From Nitrososphaeria archaeon (GTDB lineage Archaea; Thermoproteota; Nitrososphaeria; Conexivisphaerales; DTJL01), in NCBI GenBank assembly GCA_029775965.1, contig JARVJU010000002.1, positions 2,578 to 66,577 on the forward strand: a DNA stretch of 64,000 nt, read 5' to 3'. The notes beneath the pieces are model-generated. The model saw nothing but the letters and a program-made list of their open reading frames with translations, ran no database searches and had not been told where the DNA came from. The stretch's first letter is position 1. Every line of letters begins with the position of its first letter. Below, one piece after another: positions 17,712 to 28,320 of the stretch. The translations under genes were made by a program, and so were the position numbers.

Positions 17712-19012
17712 GGTGCAATGCGTTCGCTATCTCTAGGGTAGAGAACTGCCTCTCTTATGTTGTTTCTTGCTGTTATGCTCATGATAAATCTATCCACACC
17801 GAAGCCCCAACCAGAATGAGGAGGCATTCCCCAATCATATACTTTCAGGTGCTCTGAGAAGCTTTCTAAACCAAGACCTTTGCTGGTCAGTTGCTTCTCA
17901 AGTACAGTCCTCTCTGCAACCCTTTCGCCTCCAGATGCAAGCTCCAGGGCACCAAACATAAGGTCAAAGGACTCTGAAAGCATTTCATGCTTTCTGCTCG
18001 GCCTTATGTAAAAAGGCTTTATAGAAGCAGGCCAGTCGACGATAAAGTAGTATCCTTTATGCTTGGAAGAGAGCAGTCTGAGGGCCTCTGAGTCCAGGTC
18101 ATCTCCAAAATTTACCTCTTTGCCCTGCTCTGATATCTCCCTTAGAGCTGTAGAGTAAGTTATCATCTCAAATTTAGAGTTGTATAAAGATGGCTCAATA
18201 CCTATCTTCTCGAACTCCTCCAAGTATCTGCTCTTCAGTATACTGTGTGACTGCTTAACCATATCTTCAAGTATTTCCATCACATCTTCCTTGCTTTGAT
18301 CCGCAGCTTCTATATCCAAGCTTAGAAATTCATTCAGGTGCCTAACAGTATGCATCTTTTCTGCCCTGAAGTAGGATGCTATTTCGTATACCCTGCCAAG
18401 AGATAAGGTGAGCTGTTCTTTATACAGTTGAGGACTCTGGGCAAGGTAGGCCTGCTTACCAAAGTAGTCAAGGCTAAACAGCTCTGCGCCTCCTTCTGCA
18501 GCAGCTCCTATTATCTTTGGTGTATTGACTTCAAGAAAACCTTTTGATTCTAGGTATTCCCTTGCAAACTTCAGAAACCCTGACTTAATCTTAAATATAG
18601 CGGAAACCTTTGGGTTTCTCAAGTCAAGTGCTCTAGCATCGAGTCTTATATCTAGACTTGATTCAATTCTTCCTGTAGGGTCTAGTGGTAAAGGATGCGA
18701 AGCTTTATTCAACACTTCTATCGAATCAGCATGCACTTCTACCTGCAGATTCTTGGCTTTGCTCTTCTGTATCCTGCCTCCTACTGATACATAACTTTGC
18801 CTTGGTACATTGCTTGCAACCCTGAACACTTCTGCTGAAGACCTGTTAAAGACTATCTGTGCTATACCCCATCTATCCCTCAATGTCATAAATAGAAGAG
18901 AGCCTAAAGGCCTCTGATCCTCCACCCAACCATTAACGCTAACTACTTCTCCTAGTCTGATGGAGGGAAGTTCATCTGTTCTGTATATCTTCTTAGCGCT
19001 CAAATCGAACAA
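17708..19012 (-). CDS. aspS: Aspartyl-tRNA synthetase (archaeal type, class IIb)
   Basis: N-terminal OB anticodon-binding domain, motif 2 YFRAEKMHTVRHLNEF, motif 3 GWGFGVDRFIM; 434 aa. Confidence 0.9.
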   Translation of the reverse strand: MFDLSAKKIYRTDELPSIRLGEVVSVNGWVEDQRPLGSLLFMTLRDRWGIAQIVFNRSSAEVFRVASNVPRQSYVSVGGRIQKSKAKNLQVEVHADSIEVLNKASHPLPLDPTGRIESSLDIRLDARALDLRNPKVSAIFKIKSGFLKFAREYLESKGFLEVNTPKIIGAAAEGGAELFSLDYFGKQAYLAQSPQLYKEQLTLSLGRVYEIASYFRAEKMHTVRHLNEFLSLDIEAADQSKEDVMEILEDMVKQSHSILKSRYLEEFEKIGIEPSLYNSKFEMITYSTALREISEQGKEVNFGDDLDSEALRLLSSKHKGYYFIVDWPASIKPFYIRPSRKHEMLSESFDLMFGALELASGGERVAERTVLEKQLTSKGLGLESFSEHLKVYDWGMPPHSGWGFGVDRFIMSITARNNIREAVLYPRDSERIAP

Positions 19013-19499
19013 CCAAGTCTATTCCACGTGTCTCCTTCACTATTCTCTTTACCTTTTCAAGATCAATCGGAAATTTAGATGTCCTTCTGCCAGGAATATT
19101 AACCTTCATTATTTTTGACCCGTCAGGCAGCCATACCGTGTTCATAGTCATTACCCTTGCAGGGAAGATTAGGCTCTCTATGAATTTTCTGTCATCGCTT
19201 TCACCTTCGGTAAGCCAGACCCTTCTTCCAAGAGCCGTTTGCAGTTCTTCAACAAAACCTGGATTGCTTCGTATCAATGAAATATCCCCCTGTCCCAGTA
19301 AAAGTACGATCTCTCCATCAACTTCTAAAGCCCTCTTCAAAGTAATTTTATCAAGTAAAGGAAGCTTGCCTACAAGCTTTGCAAGCATAAAGGAGATATC
19401 TACATCAGTTCTGGTAAGTTCCCCGTTCCTCAGCTTCAGCTCACATTTTGGACAAAGGACGCCTATCTTGGCATCAAAACTGCAGATGGGGAGTTTCAA
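18993..19499 (-). CDS. Predicted RNA-binding protein (N-terminal Cys cluster plus NusA-like KH region)
   Basis: 168 aa with N-terminal CSFDAKIGVLCPKC. The remainder resembles archaeal NusA-like KH proteins. This call is from memory of the family only. Confidence 0.35.
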   Translation of the reverse strand: MKLPICSFDAKIGVLCPKCELKLRNGELTRTDVDISFMLAKLVGKLPLLDKITLKRALEVDGEIVLLLGQGDISLIRSNPGFVEELQTALGRRVWLTEGESDDRKFIESLIFPARVMTMNTVWLPDGSKIMKVNIPGRRTSKFPIDLEKVKRIVKETRGIDLVVRFER

Positions 19500-19696
19500 A
19501 TTCGAAATCTCTGCGCTCGTCTTAGAATCATCTATGCGCTAGTTTAAAAATTTAATGTAAATTGTCCACAATAATGAGTTTTTCGAACCTAGCGGAAAGG
19601 CGGGTGGGAAGATTGATTGAAAAATTGTAATTCTTGACCTCTTATTCTTGCTATATATACATCACTTCGCCTTTCACCCAAAAAAGTTTTCAGAAC

Positions 19697-19704
19697 TTTT
19701 ATAA
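19697..19704 (+). promoter_or_regulatory. TATA box for gdhA
   Basis: TTTTATAA is centred about 23-26 nt upstream of the ATG at 19723, which suggests a leaderless transcript. Confidence 0.45.
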
Positions 19705-19722
19705 CTCTAGCCTGTGCTAGTT

Positions 19723-21000
19723 ATGTCTGGGGTGCATCTTTTGTCAAAAGAAGAATTGAATCCATTCAGAATTGCGCAAGAACAACTTGATGCTGCTTCT
19801 GAAGTGATGAAGCTAGATCACGCAGCCCATGCTATGCTTAGAGAACCGATGCGTATACTGCAGGTTTCTATACCTGTCAGAATGGATGATGGGACTGTAG
19901 AGGTCTTCACAGGATTCAGGGTACAACATAACGATGCGAGGGGTCCGACAAAAGGAGGAATTAGATATCATCCTCAAGAAACTCTGGATACTGTAAAGGC
20001 ATTGTCTATGTGGATGACATGGAAATGCTCTGTCGCTGACTTACCTTACGGTGGTGCAAAAGGAGGTATAATATGCGACCCGAAGAAGCTTTCAAAGAGA
20101 GAGCTGGAACAGCTCAGCAGAGGATACATAAGAGCGATAGGCAGATTTATCGGCCCAGAGAAGGATATACCAGCCCCTGATGTATATACAGACCCACAAA
20201 TAATGGCGTGGATGATGGATGAGTATAGCAAAATTGTAGGCTACAACGCGCCAGGTGTTATAACAGGCAAGCCTGTTGAAATAGGCGGGTCCCTTGGAAG
20301 AGGAGATGCTACAGCTATGGGTGGCATGTTCAATATCAGGGAGGCCGCGAAGTATCTTAAGCTTGACCTTAGAAAGGCAAAGGTAGCAGTTCAAGGTTTT
20401 GGGAACGCTGGGTACTATGCTGCTTACTTGGTTAGTAATATGTTAGGAAGCAAAGTTGTAGCTGTAAGCGACTCAAAGGCTGGTATCTATAACCCAGATG
20501 GACTAAACGCTGAAGAAGTGATGAAGCATAAGAGCCAAACTGGAAGCGTTGACGGATTTAAGGGGTCTGAGAAGATAAGTAATGAGCAGCTTCTACAGCT
20601 GGATGTTGATATACTTATACCCGCAGCTATAGAGAATCAACTAAGAAAGGATAATGCGGATAAGGTTAAAGCAAAGCTTGTTGCCGAACTTGCCAATGGA
20701 CCTACCACACCAGATGCAGACAGCATACTGCATGAAAAAGGTGTCTTCATAATACCTGATTTCTTGTGCAATTCAGGTGGTGTAACAGTGTCTTATTTCG
20801 AATGGGTGCAGAATGTGTCTGGATACTACTGGTCCGAGGAGGAAGTCAATGAAAGACTTGATTCTAAAATGACAAAAGCTTTCTCAGATGTTCTGAAGAC
20901 TTACGAACAATTCAATAAAAAGATACATATGAGAACAGTGGCAAACATAATATCCATCAGAAAGGTAGAAGTGGCGATGAAGCTCAGGGGTTGGGTCTAG
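19723..21000 (+). CDS. gdhA: Glutamate dehydrogenase
   Basis: Catalytic-lysine region PYGGAKGGI and the Rossmann motif VQGFGNAGY; about 425 aa from ATG 19723 (the ORF track starts at GTG 19714). Confidence 0.9.
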   Translation: MSGVHLLSKEELNPFRIAQEQLDAASEVMKLDHAAHAMLREPMRILQVSIPVRMDDGTVEVFTGFRVQHNDARGPTKGGIRYHPQETLDTVKALSMWMTWKCSVADLPYGGAKGGIICDPKKLSKRELEQLSRGYIRAIGRFIGPEKDIPAPDVYTDPQIMAWMMDEYSKIVGYNAPGVITGKPVEIGGSLGRGDATAMGGMFNIREAAKYLKLDLRKAKVAVQGFGNAGYYAAYLVSNMLGSKVVAVSDSKAGIYNPDGLNAEEVMKHKSQTGSVDGFKGSEKISNEQLLQLDVDILIPAAIENQLRKDNADKVKAKLVAELANGPTTPDADSILHEKGVFIIPDFLCNSGGVTVSYFEWVQNVSGYYWSEEEVNERLDSKMTKAFSDVLKTYEQFNKKIHMRTVANIISIRKVEVAMKLRGWV

Positions 21001-21013
21001 CTACAGTCTACAT

Positions 21014-21184
21014 CTACTTCTTTGGCCCTGTCTGTCTATTCTTTAGGCGAAGCGTATCAGACCTTCCGCATTTTCTGCATCTTTTTGCACTGTATGGGTT
21101 TTTTGCACCACAGTTCATGCATATCTTAAAAAATAATCTTCTCTCCATAGCTAACTGTTTTTTCGCAGCATCAGCAATCGGCAT
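21014..21184 (-). CDS. rpl40e: 50S ribosomal protein L40e
   Basis: MPIADAAKKQLAMERRLFFKICMNCGAKNPYSAKRCRKCG contains the C4 zinc ribbon typical of L40e. I place the start at the second Met of the ORF. Confidence 0.8.
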   Translation of the reverse strand: MPIADAAKKQLAMERRLFFKICMNCGAKNPYSAKRCRKCGRSDTLRLKNRQTGPKK

Positions 21185-21406
21185 GCTAATCTCATCACGT
21201 TGCAACATATGTATATTTTAGTTTTTACTAGTTTGTCTTCCATTTATCTGCAAACTTATGAGAAGGATTATTAGCATGTTCGCTTTAATGTTTGAAGCGA
21301 TGATATTGAAACAGAGCACTAGCCTGCTGATATTTCATCAGGCATCATGCTTTGTTTTTTACGGGCAGATTATCCTGCTCAGTAATGATAAAGGGGGCGC
21401 TTATCC

Positions 21407-23086
21407 TTGGCAAAATATGTTCTAGTCTCAGACTTGACACTTCTGTACAACTATAGAAATTTCCCTCTACTTGACTTTCTCCCTTGCGCTCCTTCTGATT
21501 CTGTACCTGGCTTCATCTATTCCTTTCTGAAGGGGAAGGAATCTCCTCCCATGGATAACGGTGAGGCAATGTACAGTACTTATACAATAAGAAAGCTGGA
21601 GGCATCCTTGCTGAGAGAGAATAAGAGGGAAGACGTTGCAGTTCCACATTTCGATTATATTGAAAACTTCATAGATAGCGATACAGAAGTTATAGGTGTC
21701 TCAACTATGGATCCTTTGGGTCTGGGTCCTCTTACCATGTCCTACACAGTTCTGTTTGGAAGTGATTCTTATCCATGGGTAAGAAAAGAATGGGAGAAAC
21801 TTATGACTAGGATAAATAGAGCAAGGAAGGGGACAAGAGCGAAGCTGATGGTTGGAGGGCCCGGAGTTTGGGAATTTACCATAATGCCAGAAGAGCTTGA
21901 GAAATTCGATGTAGATTATGCTTTTCAGGGTGAGGCTGACGATATTGCACCTCAGCTATTTTCTCAAGTGGCAGATGCAAGCATAGATAGAAACCTATTC
22001 TTTGATGGCTATATGTCGTACGACGAGAGCTTTACGAGATTCTTCAAGCCACAGTCTCGATTCATCTCGAGAAGACCAGGAATAAGAATGTATCCAACAC
22101 TGGATCAGATACCGGATATAGTCAGGCCTACAATGAAGGATCTGACAGAAGTGATGAGAGGTTGTGGTGTAGGCTGTGACTTCTGCGAAGTGACATTGAG
22201 ACCTCTGAGATATTATCCGCTTGAAAAGATAAAGAGAGAGATAGAGGTTAATGTTAAGGCAGGAAGCCATTCTGCGTGGCTTCACAGTGACGAAATCTTC
22301 GCCTATAGGCATGGGACAAGGTTTGAACCTAATGTTGAAGCTCTTGTTGAACTATTCTCTGGTGTGATGTCCATTCCTGGCGTTTGGCATACCAATCCTA
22401 CCCATGGCAGAATATCGATACCAGCAGGATATCCAGAACTCATGAAGAAACTATCAAGCATAATGAAAGCAGGACCGGATAACTGGATAGGAATTCAGGT
22501 TGGGCTTGAAACAGGAAGCGAAAGGCTCGCCAAGATTCATATGCCAAACAAGACACTTCCTCTCAAGATAGGAGCGGATGGCTCATGGCAGGAGATAGTC
22601 TGGAAGGGAGTATACAACATGAACCTGTACTACTGGAGACCTGCCTTTACTGTCCAAGTAGGACAGAGCGCAGAAACGGACGAAGACAACTGGGATACAG
22701 TTGCGCTTATCAATCAGCTAAGTAATTCTGAGGTTAATGGTAGACCATTCGAGTTTACAGTAACTCCAATGCAGAACGTACCGCTGGGTATGATAAAGAG
22801 CAAGAGATTCACGGTAGATATACTCACAGAAGCACAGCTTGCTGTTTACTATGCTTCTTATAGGCACTTAGCAAAGATGGCTGCAAGGGATGCCTACTCT
22901 GAAGGTTCTGGAAACTTCCTTTCGAAGATGGGTGCATCTGGGATAATTAGCTTTGGTGGGTGGGTTATGATGAAGGTTGTTGAGTCAATATGCAAGAAGA
23001 GAGGGCTAGATATAGAGAAGGCAAAGAACTATGGTCTTAATGGAAGGAAGACAATAGTTTCTCCATTGCAGCTCGTACACAACTAG
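21407..23086 (+). CDS. Radical SAM protein with N-terminal B12-binding-like domain
   Basis: CxxxCxxC cluster motif in MRGCGVGCDFCEV. It is 559 aa, with an N-terminal domain ahead of the radical SAM core as in archaeal B12-binding-domain radical SAM families. Confidence 0.7.
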   Translation: MAKYVLVSDLTLLYNYRNFPLLDFLPCAPSDSVPGFIYSFLKGKESPPMDNGEAMYSTYTIRKLEASLLRENKREDVAVPHFDYIENFIDSDTEVIGVSTMDPLGLGPLTMSYTVLFGSDSYPWVRKEWEKLMTRINRARKGTRAKLMVGGPGVWEFTIMPEELEKFDVDYAFQGEADDIAPQLFSQVADASIDRNLFFDGYMSYDESFTRFFKPQSRFISRRPGIRMYPTLDQIPDIVRPTMKDLTEVMRGCGVGCDFCEVTLRPLRYYPLEKIKREIEVNVKAGSHSAWLHSDEIFAYRHGTRFEPNVEALVELFSGVMSIPGVWHTNPTHGRISIPAGYPELMKKLSSIMKAGPDNWIGIQVGLETGSERLAKIHMPNKTLPLKIGADGSWQEIVWKGVYNMNLYYWRPAFTVQVGQSAETDEDNWDTVALINQLSNSEVNGRPFEFTVTPMQNVPLGMIKSKRFTVDILTEAQLAVYYASYRHLAKMAARDAYSEGSGNFLSKMGASGIISFGGWVMMKVVESICKKRGLDIEKAKNYGLNGRKTIVSPLQLVHN

Positions 23087-23982
23087 AGCATCTTCTTTGC
23101 AAGCTCTGCAACTTCCCAAGGCATCTTTGCCACTGGTACTCCTGCGTCATTAAGAGCCTTCTCTTTACTCTCGACAGTGCCCACGTTACCCATAATTATC
23201 GCGCCAGCGTGTCCCATCCTCTTTTCTTTGGGTGCTGATCTTCCAGCTACATATGCTACCATCTTCTTTCTAGAGTCTATTTGTTTAATGTATTCAGCAA
23301 CCCTTTCCTCTGCATCCCCTCCTATCTCTCCTATAAGAACAACAAGCTTTATTCTATTGTTTTCTCTTGCCATTTCAAGCACTTCTATAAAGTTTGTCGA
23401 TATGATAGGGTCTCCCCCTATTCCTAGTGCGGCGTAAATACCTATGCCAGCCTTTCTGAGATAGTTTGAAATCTCGTAGGTTAGTGTCCCACTGCGTGAG
23501 AGAACAAGTGTATCACCCTGCAGAAAAGGTTGAACTGGCATTATACCGATCTTTATATCATTCGGCATAATGAGGCCTGGAGTATTAGGACCTATTATAT
23601 CACCATGGTACTGTTTGGCTATATGTATACTTCGAATGGTATCTCTCACAGGGACTCTTTCTGTTATCCCAACAACAAGCTCTATTCCTGCTTCAAATGC
23701 TTCTCTGACTGCATTAAGGTAATTCTGTGCAGGTACGAATACTATGCTAGCATCTACACCATGTTTGGAAACAGCCTCTTTGCATGTATTGTAAACAGGT
23801 ACACCATTCACACTTTCGCCTCCTTTTCCAGGAGTAACTCCGGCAACTATGTTTGTCCCGTAGCTCATCATCAGCTCCGTGTGCAACCTTCCATACCTGC
23901 CTGTTATTCCCTGCACTAATACCTTAGCACCCTTTGCACTCTTCTCTCCACTAAGCCAACTTCTGAGCAAAGTATAACTCAT
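23083..23982 (-). CDS. sucD: Succinyl-CoA synthetase alpha subunit
   Basis: CoA-binding GITGRYG, SRSGTLTYE, and the phosphohistidine loop RMGHAGAII. Confidence 0.9.
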   Translation of the reverse strand: MSYTLLRSWLSGEKSAKGAKVLVQGITGRYGRLHTELMMSYGTNIVAGVTPGKGGESVNGVPVYNTCKEAVSKHGVDASIVFVPAQNYLNAVREAFEAGIELVVGITERVPVRDTIRSIHIAKQYHGDIIGPNTPGLIMPNDIKIGIMPVQPFLQGDTLVLSRSGTLTYEISNYLRKAGIGIYAALGIGGDPIISTNFIEVLEMARENNRIKLVVLIGEIGGDAEERVAEYIKQIDSRKKMVAYVAGRSAPKEKRMGHAGAIIMGNVGTVESKEKALNDAGVPVAKMPWEVAELAKKML

Positions 23983-25082
23983 CTTTTACCGTACTCCTTT
24001 AATGCTTTAAGAGCATCCTCTATGTCTATAAATGAATTTATACCGTTCTTCCTTAGTAGCTCTCTTGCTTCTATCTCACCTGCACCTGACAATCTAAGGA
24101 AAAATGGTTTATTTAAGAAACCCCTGCCTTTTGCTTCAAGGAATCCCTGAGCCACCGAAACACTGTTTGTTATTCCACCAAAGACGTTTATGAAAAGAAT
24201 TTTCATATTTGGTAAAGAAGTTGATAGGAATTCTAATGCACTCTGCACCCTTTCCGGGCTTGCTCCACCTCCTAGGTCAAGAAAGCAAGCAGGTGATAGT
24301 CCTATTGATGATACCATGTCAAGAGTTGCAAGAACAAGCCCAGCACCGTTACCAACAACAGCAACATCCCCGTCAAGTGGAACGAAATTGAAGCCAAACT
24401 TCTCTGCTTCCTCTACAGATACATCTTCAGGCAGGTATGGCTTGAGTTCAGGTCTCCTGAAAAGTGCGTTATCGTCAAGGATTATCTTGGCATCAAGAGC
24501 TGCAAAGTCTCCTTCTGACACAGCTAGAGGATTTATTTCAACAAGCTCGGCCTCGGATTCATCAAAGACCTTGTAGAGCTTCTTCATCAATGATACGCAT
24601 CTATCCTTTAAAACACCATTGAATCCAAGATAGCTTGCTGCTTGGTTCAGCTGCTCATCACTTGGTCCCTCAAGTCCGAAGTTGGAAACAAATTTCTCCT
24701 TAACCTCTTCAACTTCTATACCACCAGCTGCTGTTGCTATAATTGAAAAGCATCTGTCGCTTCTGTTTTCAAAATAGCTGACATAGAACTCAGAGGTATG
24801 ATTGAAAAAAGATTCTGCAAGTATTTTATCTACTTTAAGCCCTTGAATGGTTTTATTTCTTAAAGTCAAGTAAGCTTGTTTAAGTTCAGATTCATTCTTT
24901 ACCTTCACAATGGCGCCGGACTTACCCCTTCCTCCCACAGGAAGCTGGGCTTTGAGCACGAGTGGGAATCCTAGGTTTTTAGCTCCTTCTAGCTCTTCGA
25001 CATTGTTAATAAGTAAAGAGTTAGGCACGTTTATTCCATATTTCTTAAAGAGCTCCTTAGCCTGGTATTCGAGAAGCCTCAT
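23979..25082 (-). CDS. sucC: Succinyl-CoA synthetase beta subunit
   Basis: N-terminus MRLLEYQAKELFKKYGI and an ATP-grasp layout. The gene overlaps sucD by 4 nt. Confidence 0.9.
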   Translation of the reverse strand: MRLLEYQAKELFKKYGINVPNSLLINNVEELEGAKNLGFPLVLKAQLPVGGRGKSGAIVKVKNESELKQAYLTLRNKTIQGLKVDKILAESFFNHTSEFYVSYFENRSDRCFSIIATAAGGIEVEEVKEKFVSNFGLEGPSDEQLNQAASYLGFNGVLKDRCVSLMKKLYKVFDESEAELVEINPLAVSEGDFAALDAKIILDDNALFRRPELKPYLPEDVSVEEAEKFGFNFVPLDGDVAVVGNGAGLVLATLDMVSSIGLSPACFLDLGGGASPERVQSALEFLSTSLPNMKILFINVFGGITNSVSVAQGFLEAKGRGFLNKPFFLRLSGAGEIEARELLRKNGINSFIDIEDALKALKEYGKR

Positions 25083-25489
25083 AGTCAGAGGAGGGGTAGG
25101 ATTTTGTATGTTTATAAAAAGTACGCTAAAAGATATTACTGTAGGTTACTTGTCTTTTGCAATTGCTGTCTTTCCAAATGAGCTATCGGGCTAGGTGCTA
25201 CATTCTGAGCTGTTCTACTAGCTATTCTGGCCTGTATGGCTTGGTAAACTTTATCCAGTAGTATGGAAGCAAAAATTATTTTTTTTGGTTATGCATAAAG
25301 ATAAGTTTGATGGTATGCATGCAAAAACTTGTTTTAGCAAGCTTGCAAGCTGTGTATAAATTCCTAGAACCATAGAAAAGCATGTCCTCTATATGCTTTG
25401 ATGAAAGAATCTGTCAAAGATAACAGCTTTATGCAGCCAAAAAAATGCTGGGAAAATCCTTTTAAGAGCAATAATGGTCTAAATATGCA

Positions 25490-25768
25490 TTGGCAAAAAG
25501 ACATTTTACGATAGACGTTGGTGAAGAAAAGGTTGAAGTCGAAGGGTATGATTACCAGAAGGTCGCTATAAAATACCTTATGAAAAGAAGGAGGAGTCTC
25601 CTCTTTACGAAGGATCCTAAAAAGGTTGAAACTCTTTGGGAGAAGCTGCCGAAGAAGATCACAGTGATAGGTTCCAAGGATTCCAAGTCATACAATATAA
25701 GCTGGAAACGTGTAGGTGAAGAAGAGTTTCAAGGCGCTAGGTTCGTTTTTACACTGTCCGAGGCATAG
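25490..25768 (+). CDS. Hypothetical small basic protein
   Basis: 92-aa ORF with a TTG start and no motif I recognise. Its composition looks protein-like. Confidence 0.3.
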   Translation: MAKRHFTIDVGEEKVEVEGYDYQKVAIKYLMKRRRSLLFTKDPKKVETLWEKLPKKITVIGSKDSKSYNISWKRVGEEEFQGARFVFTLSEA

Positions 25769-25773
25769 TTGAA

Positions 25774-26253
25774 CTATCCTTCGGCTAGATTCAGAACTCC
25801 CTGATATCTTCCGTTGTAAGGTCTGGATGACGGATATGAATCAAAGAAGACTATGTGCCAAACCCTCTCCCCTTTCGATATCGTAACAGGGTAGGGAGGT
25901 GTTCTCAGCTGAAGAGTAAGTCTCCCTGAATATCCTGCATCTATTATAGTTGGAGAGCATGTAAAGCCTCGCCTAGCATAGCTGCTTCTTATACCCACAA
26001 GACCTACCATCCCGTTGCCTAGTGTCATAACTTCTCTTGTAGCTGCAAGCATTATAGTATCAGGCTCAACCTTTATCTGGTCTGCAAGCTTTATCCTTTT
26101 AGATTTGTATGCGCCTCCTCTCTTGATTATAGCTACTTCGTCGCCTATACAGAAGTCGATTCCGTTTGGGGTCAGGTGTATTTCGTTTTCTGGCTCTATC
26201 TTCATCCTGCCATCCTTTATTGCTTCGATTATCTTCGCGTCAGATAATATCAT
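25774..26253 (-). CDS. dcd: dCTP deaminase / dUTPase-superfamily enzyme
   Basis: MILSDAKIIEAIKDG... N-terminus and the IIDAGYSGRLTLQL motif (the family's GxxDxGYxGxL signature). Confidence 0.75.
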   Translation of the reverse strand: MILSDAKIIEAIKDGRMKIEPENEIHLTPNGIDFCIGDEVAIIKRGGAYKSKRIKLADQIKVEPDTIMLAATREVMTLGNGMVGLVGIRSSYARRGFTCSPTIIDAGYSGRLTLQLRTPPYPVTISKGERVWHIVFFDSYPSSRPYNGRYQGVLNLAEG

Positions 26254-26339
26254 TGCATGTATTTACAAATTATCTGTTAAATAATCTTCCTTGAAAACGA
26301 TTAAAAGCAGCTAGAACCTATAATCGACAGTGTGGAAAA

Positions 26340-28316
26340 TTGGAAATCAAAAAGATAGCTTTAGTTGGAGCAGGGGAAATGGGCCATGGTATTGCGCAGA
26401 TATTTGCGCAGTACGGGTTCGGAGTTTCCCTGACAGATAAATATGAAGAAGCACTTATCAGGGCAGAACAGAGAATTGAGCAGAATCTACTGAAACTTGA
26501 ACAAAGAGGAAAAATAAGATCGGGGGAATCTGCCTCTATACTTTCAAGAATTAATTTTGCTGCAGAATTAAAAGATGCCGTAGCTGATGCAGACCTTGTT
26601 ATAGAGGCTGTGCCTGAGATACCAGAGTTGAAGAAGGATGTCTTCAGACAGCTGGATACGCTTGTTCAGCAGCATACAGTGCTAGCATCAAACACTTCGA
26701 ATATAAGAATCTCTGAGCTAGCTGATGCTACCTCCAGAGCAGATAAGGTAGCAGGTATGCATTTTTTCAATCCTCCAACAGTAATGAAATTGGTTGAGCT
26801 GATTCCGAATGCAAAGACAGACCCTGTAGTTTTGAATTCTCTTGCGGAGCTCTGCAAAAGGATTGGAAAGACACCCGTCATGGTGCTTAAAGATAGCCCC
26901 GGTTTTATAGTAAACAGGATAAATGCTGCAGACATGCTGTTCTTTGGACTTATTCTGGACAAGGGAATAGCAAAGCCTGAAGAGGTTGACGCATATGCTC
27001 GAAGCCAAGGGATGCCCATGGGCCCCTATGAATTGCTAGACTTCGTTGGAATAGATGTAGCTTATGACTCACTGATGTATTTTGCAAGAACAATATCCCC
27101 TGAGTATGGTAAATGCAAAACCTTTTCTCTGATGTACTCAGAAAAGAAACTCGGGAAGAAGACAGGTAATGGATTTTATGACTGGAGTTCAGGGAAACCA
27201 TTGTTATCTGGGGCAAAACCAACAGATAAGCTTTCGCTAATGGATCTCTTCGCTATAGAGATAAACGAAGCAGTAAAGCTTATCCAAGAAGGTATCGCAA
27301 AGCCATCTGATATAGATACAGCTGTAACTCTTGGCATGAACAGACCCTTTGGCCCCATCTCTGTAGCAAAGAGCTTCACAAGCAGTGAAATAGCACAGAA
27401 GTTAAATGAGCTATCACAACGCTTTGACTGTAAGATATTTTCGCCAGCTGAACCTATAGCACAGGGTAAAATGAGAGAGGTAATAGAGGGTAAGGTGCTT
27501 GAGTCTGAAAAACAGATCGAAAAGACAACAGCAAAAGAAAAGACTGATGTAGTGTTGGTGGAGAAGCTTGATGGTAAAGTTGCAAGAATAACTATAAACA
27601 GGCCAAGGCTAAATACGATAAACAACGAGGTTCTTGACCACATAGACACAGCATTGAGCAACCTATGGGATGACAAAGATGTGAACGTTGTCATACTTCA
27701 GGGTGCCGGGGATATTTTTTCCGCAGGTGCTGACCTGGCGCAATTCTTCTCGAACCCTGTAGATTTTATGGAGTTCTCCAGAAGAGGAGAAAGGATTTTC
27801 AAGAGGTTTGCAGAGTTTCCAAAGCTTACCATCGCTGCCGTAAAGGGGTATGCTCTTGGCGGAGGCTTGGAACTCGCCATGGCCTGTGACCTAAGGGTAG
27901 TCTCTGAAGATTGTAGGATTGGATTACCTGAGGTAACAAGGGCTCTTGTGCCAGGATGGTCAGGCACTCAGAGGATAGTAAAGCTTATCGGGCTATCCAA
28001 GGCATCAGAAATTGTGCTTACAGGGCAGATGATAACAGGCAGGAGAGCCTACGAAATCGGCTTGGCAAACTACGTCATGCAACAATCGGAAATTGATGAA
28101 AAGGTATTATCATTAGCTAGAGAACTCGCTTCAAGCCTCGCTCCAGTCTCTGTGATGCTAGCAAAGAGACTGATAAATAAAGCAGCAGAAGTGCCCATGG
28201 ATGTGGGTCTTGAGATGGAATCTGCTTTTCTAGGCATGCTATTCGGTACAGAGGACCTAAAGGAAGGGCTTGCTTCATTCATGCAGAAGAGAAAGGCTGA
28301 GTACAAAGGGAGGTAA
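26340..28316 (+). CDS. Bifunctional 3-hydroxyacyl-CoA dehydrogenase (N-terminal) / enoyl-CoA hydratase (C-terminal)
   Basis: N-terminal Rossmann motif VGAGEMGHGIA with a HADH domain. The C-terminal crotonase fold has GAGDIFSAGADL and GYALGGGLELAMACD. Confidence 0.85.
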   Translation: MEIKKIALVGAGEMGHGIAQIFAQYGFGVSLTDKYEEALIRAEQRIEQNLLKLEQRGKIRSGESASILSRINFAAELKDAVADADLVIEAVPEIPELKKDVFRQLDTLVQQHTVLASNTSNIRISELADATSRADKVAGMHFFNPPTVMKLVELIPNAKTDPVVLNSLAELCKRIGKTPVMVLKDSPGFIVNRINAADMLFFGLILDKGIAKPEEVDAYARSQGMPMGPYELLDFVGIDVAYDSLMYFARTISPEYGKCKTFSLMYSEKKLGKKTGNGFYDWSSGKPLLSGAKPTDKLSLMDLFAIEINEAVKLIQEGIAKPSDIDTAVTLGMNRPFGPISVAKSFTSSEIAQKLNELSQRFDCKIFSPAEPIAQGKMREVIEGKVLESEKQIEKTTAKEKTDVVLVEKLDGKVARITINRPRLNTINNEVLDHIDTALSNLWDDKDVNVVILQGAGDIFSAGADLAQFFSNPVDFMEFSRRGERIFKRFAEFPKLTIAAVKGYALGGGLELAMACDLRVVSEDCRIGLPEVTRALVPGWSGTQRIVKLIGLSKASEIVLTGQMITGRRAYEIGLANYVMQQSEIDEKVLSLARELASSLAPVSVMLAKRLINKAAEVPMDVGLEMESAFLGMLFGTEDLKEGLASFMQKRKAEYKGR

Positions 28317-28320
28317 GAGC

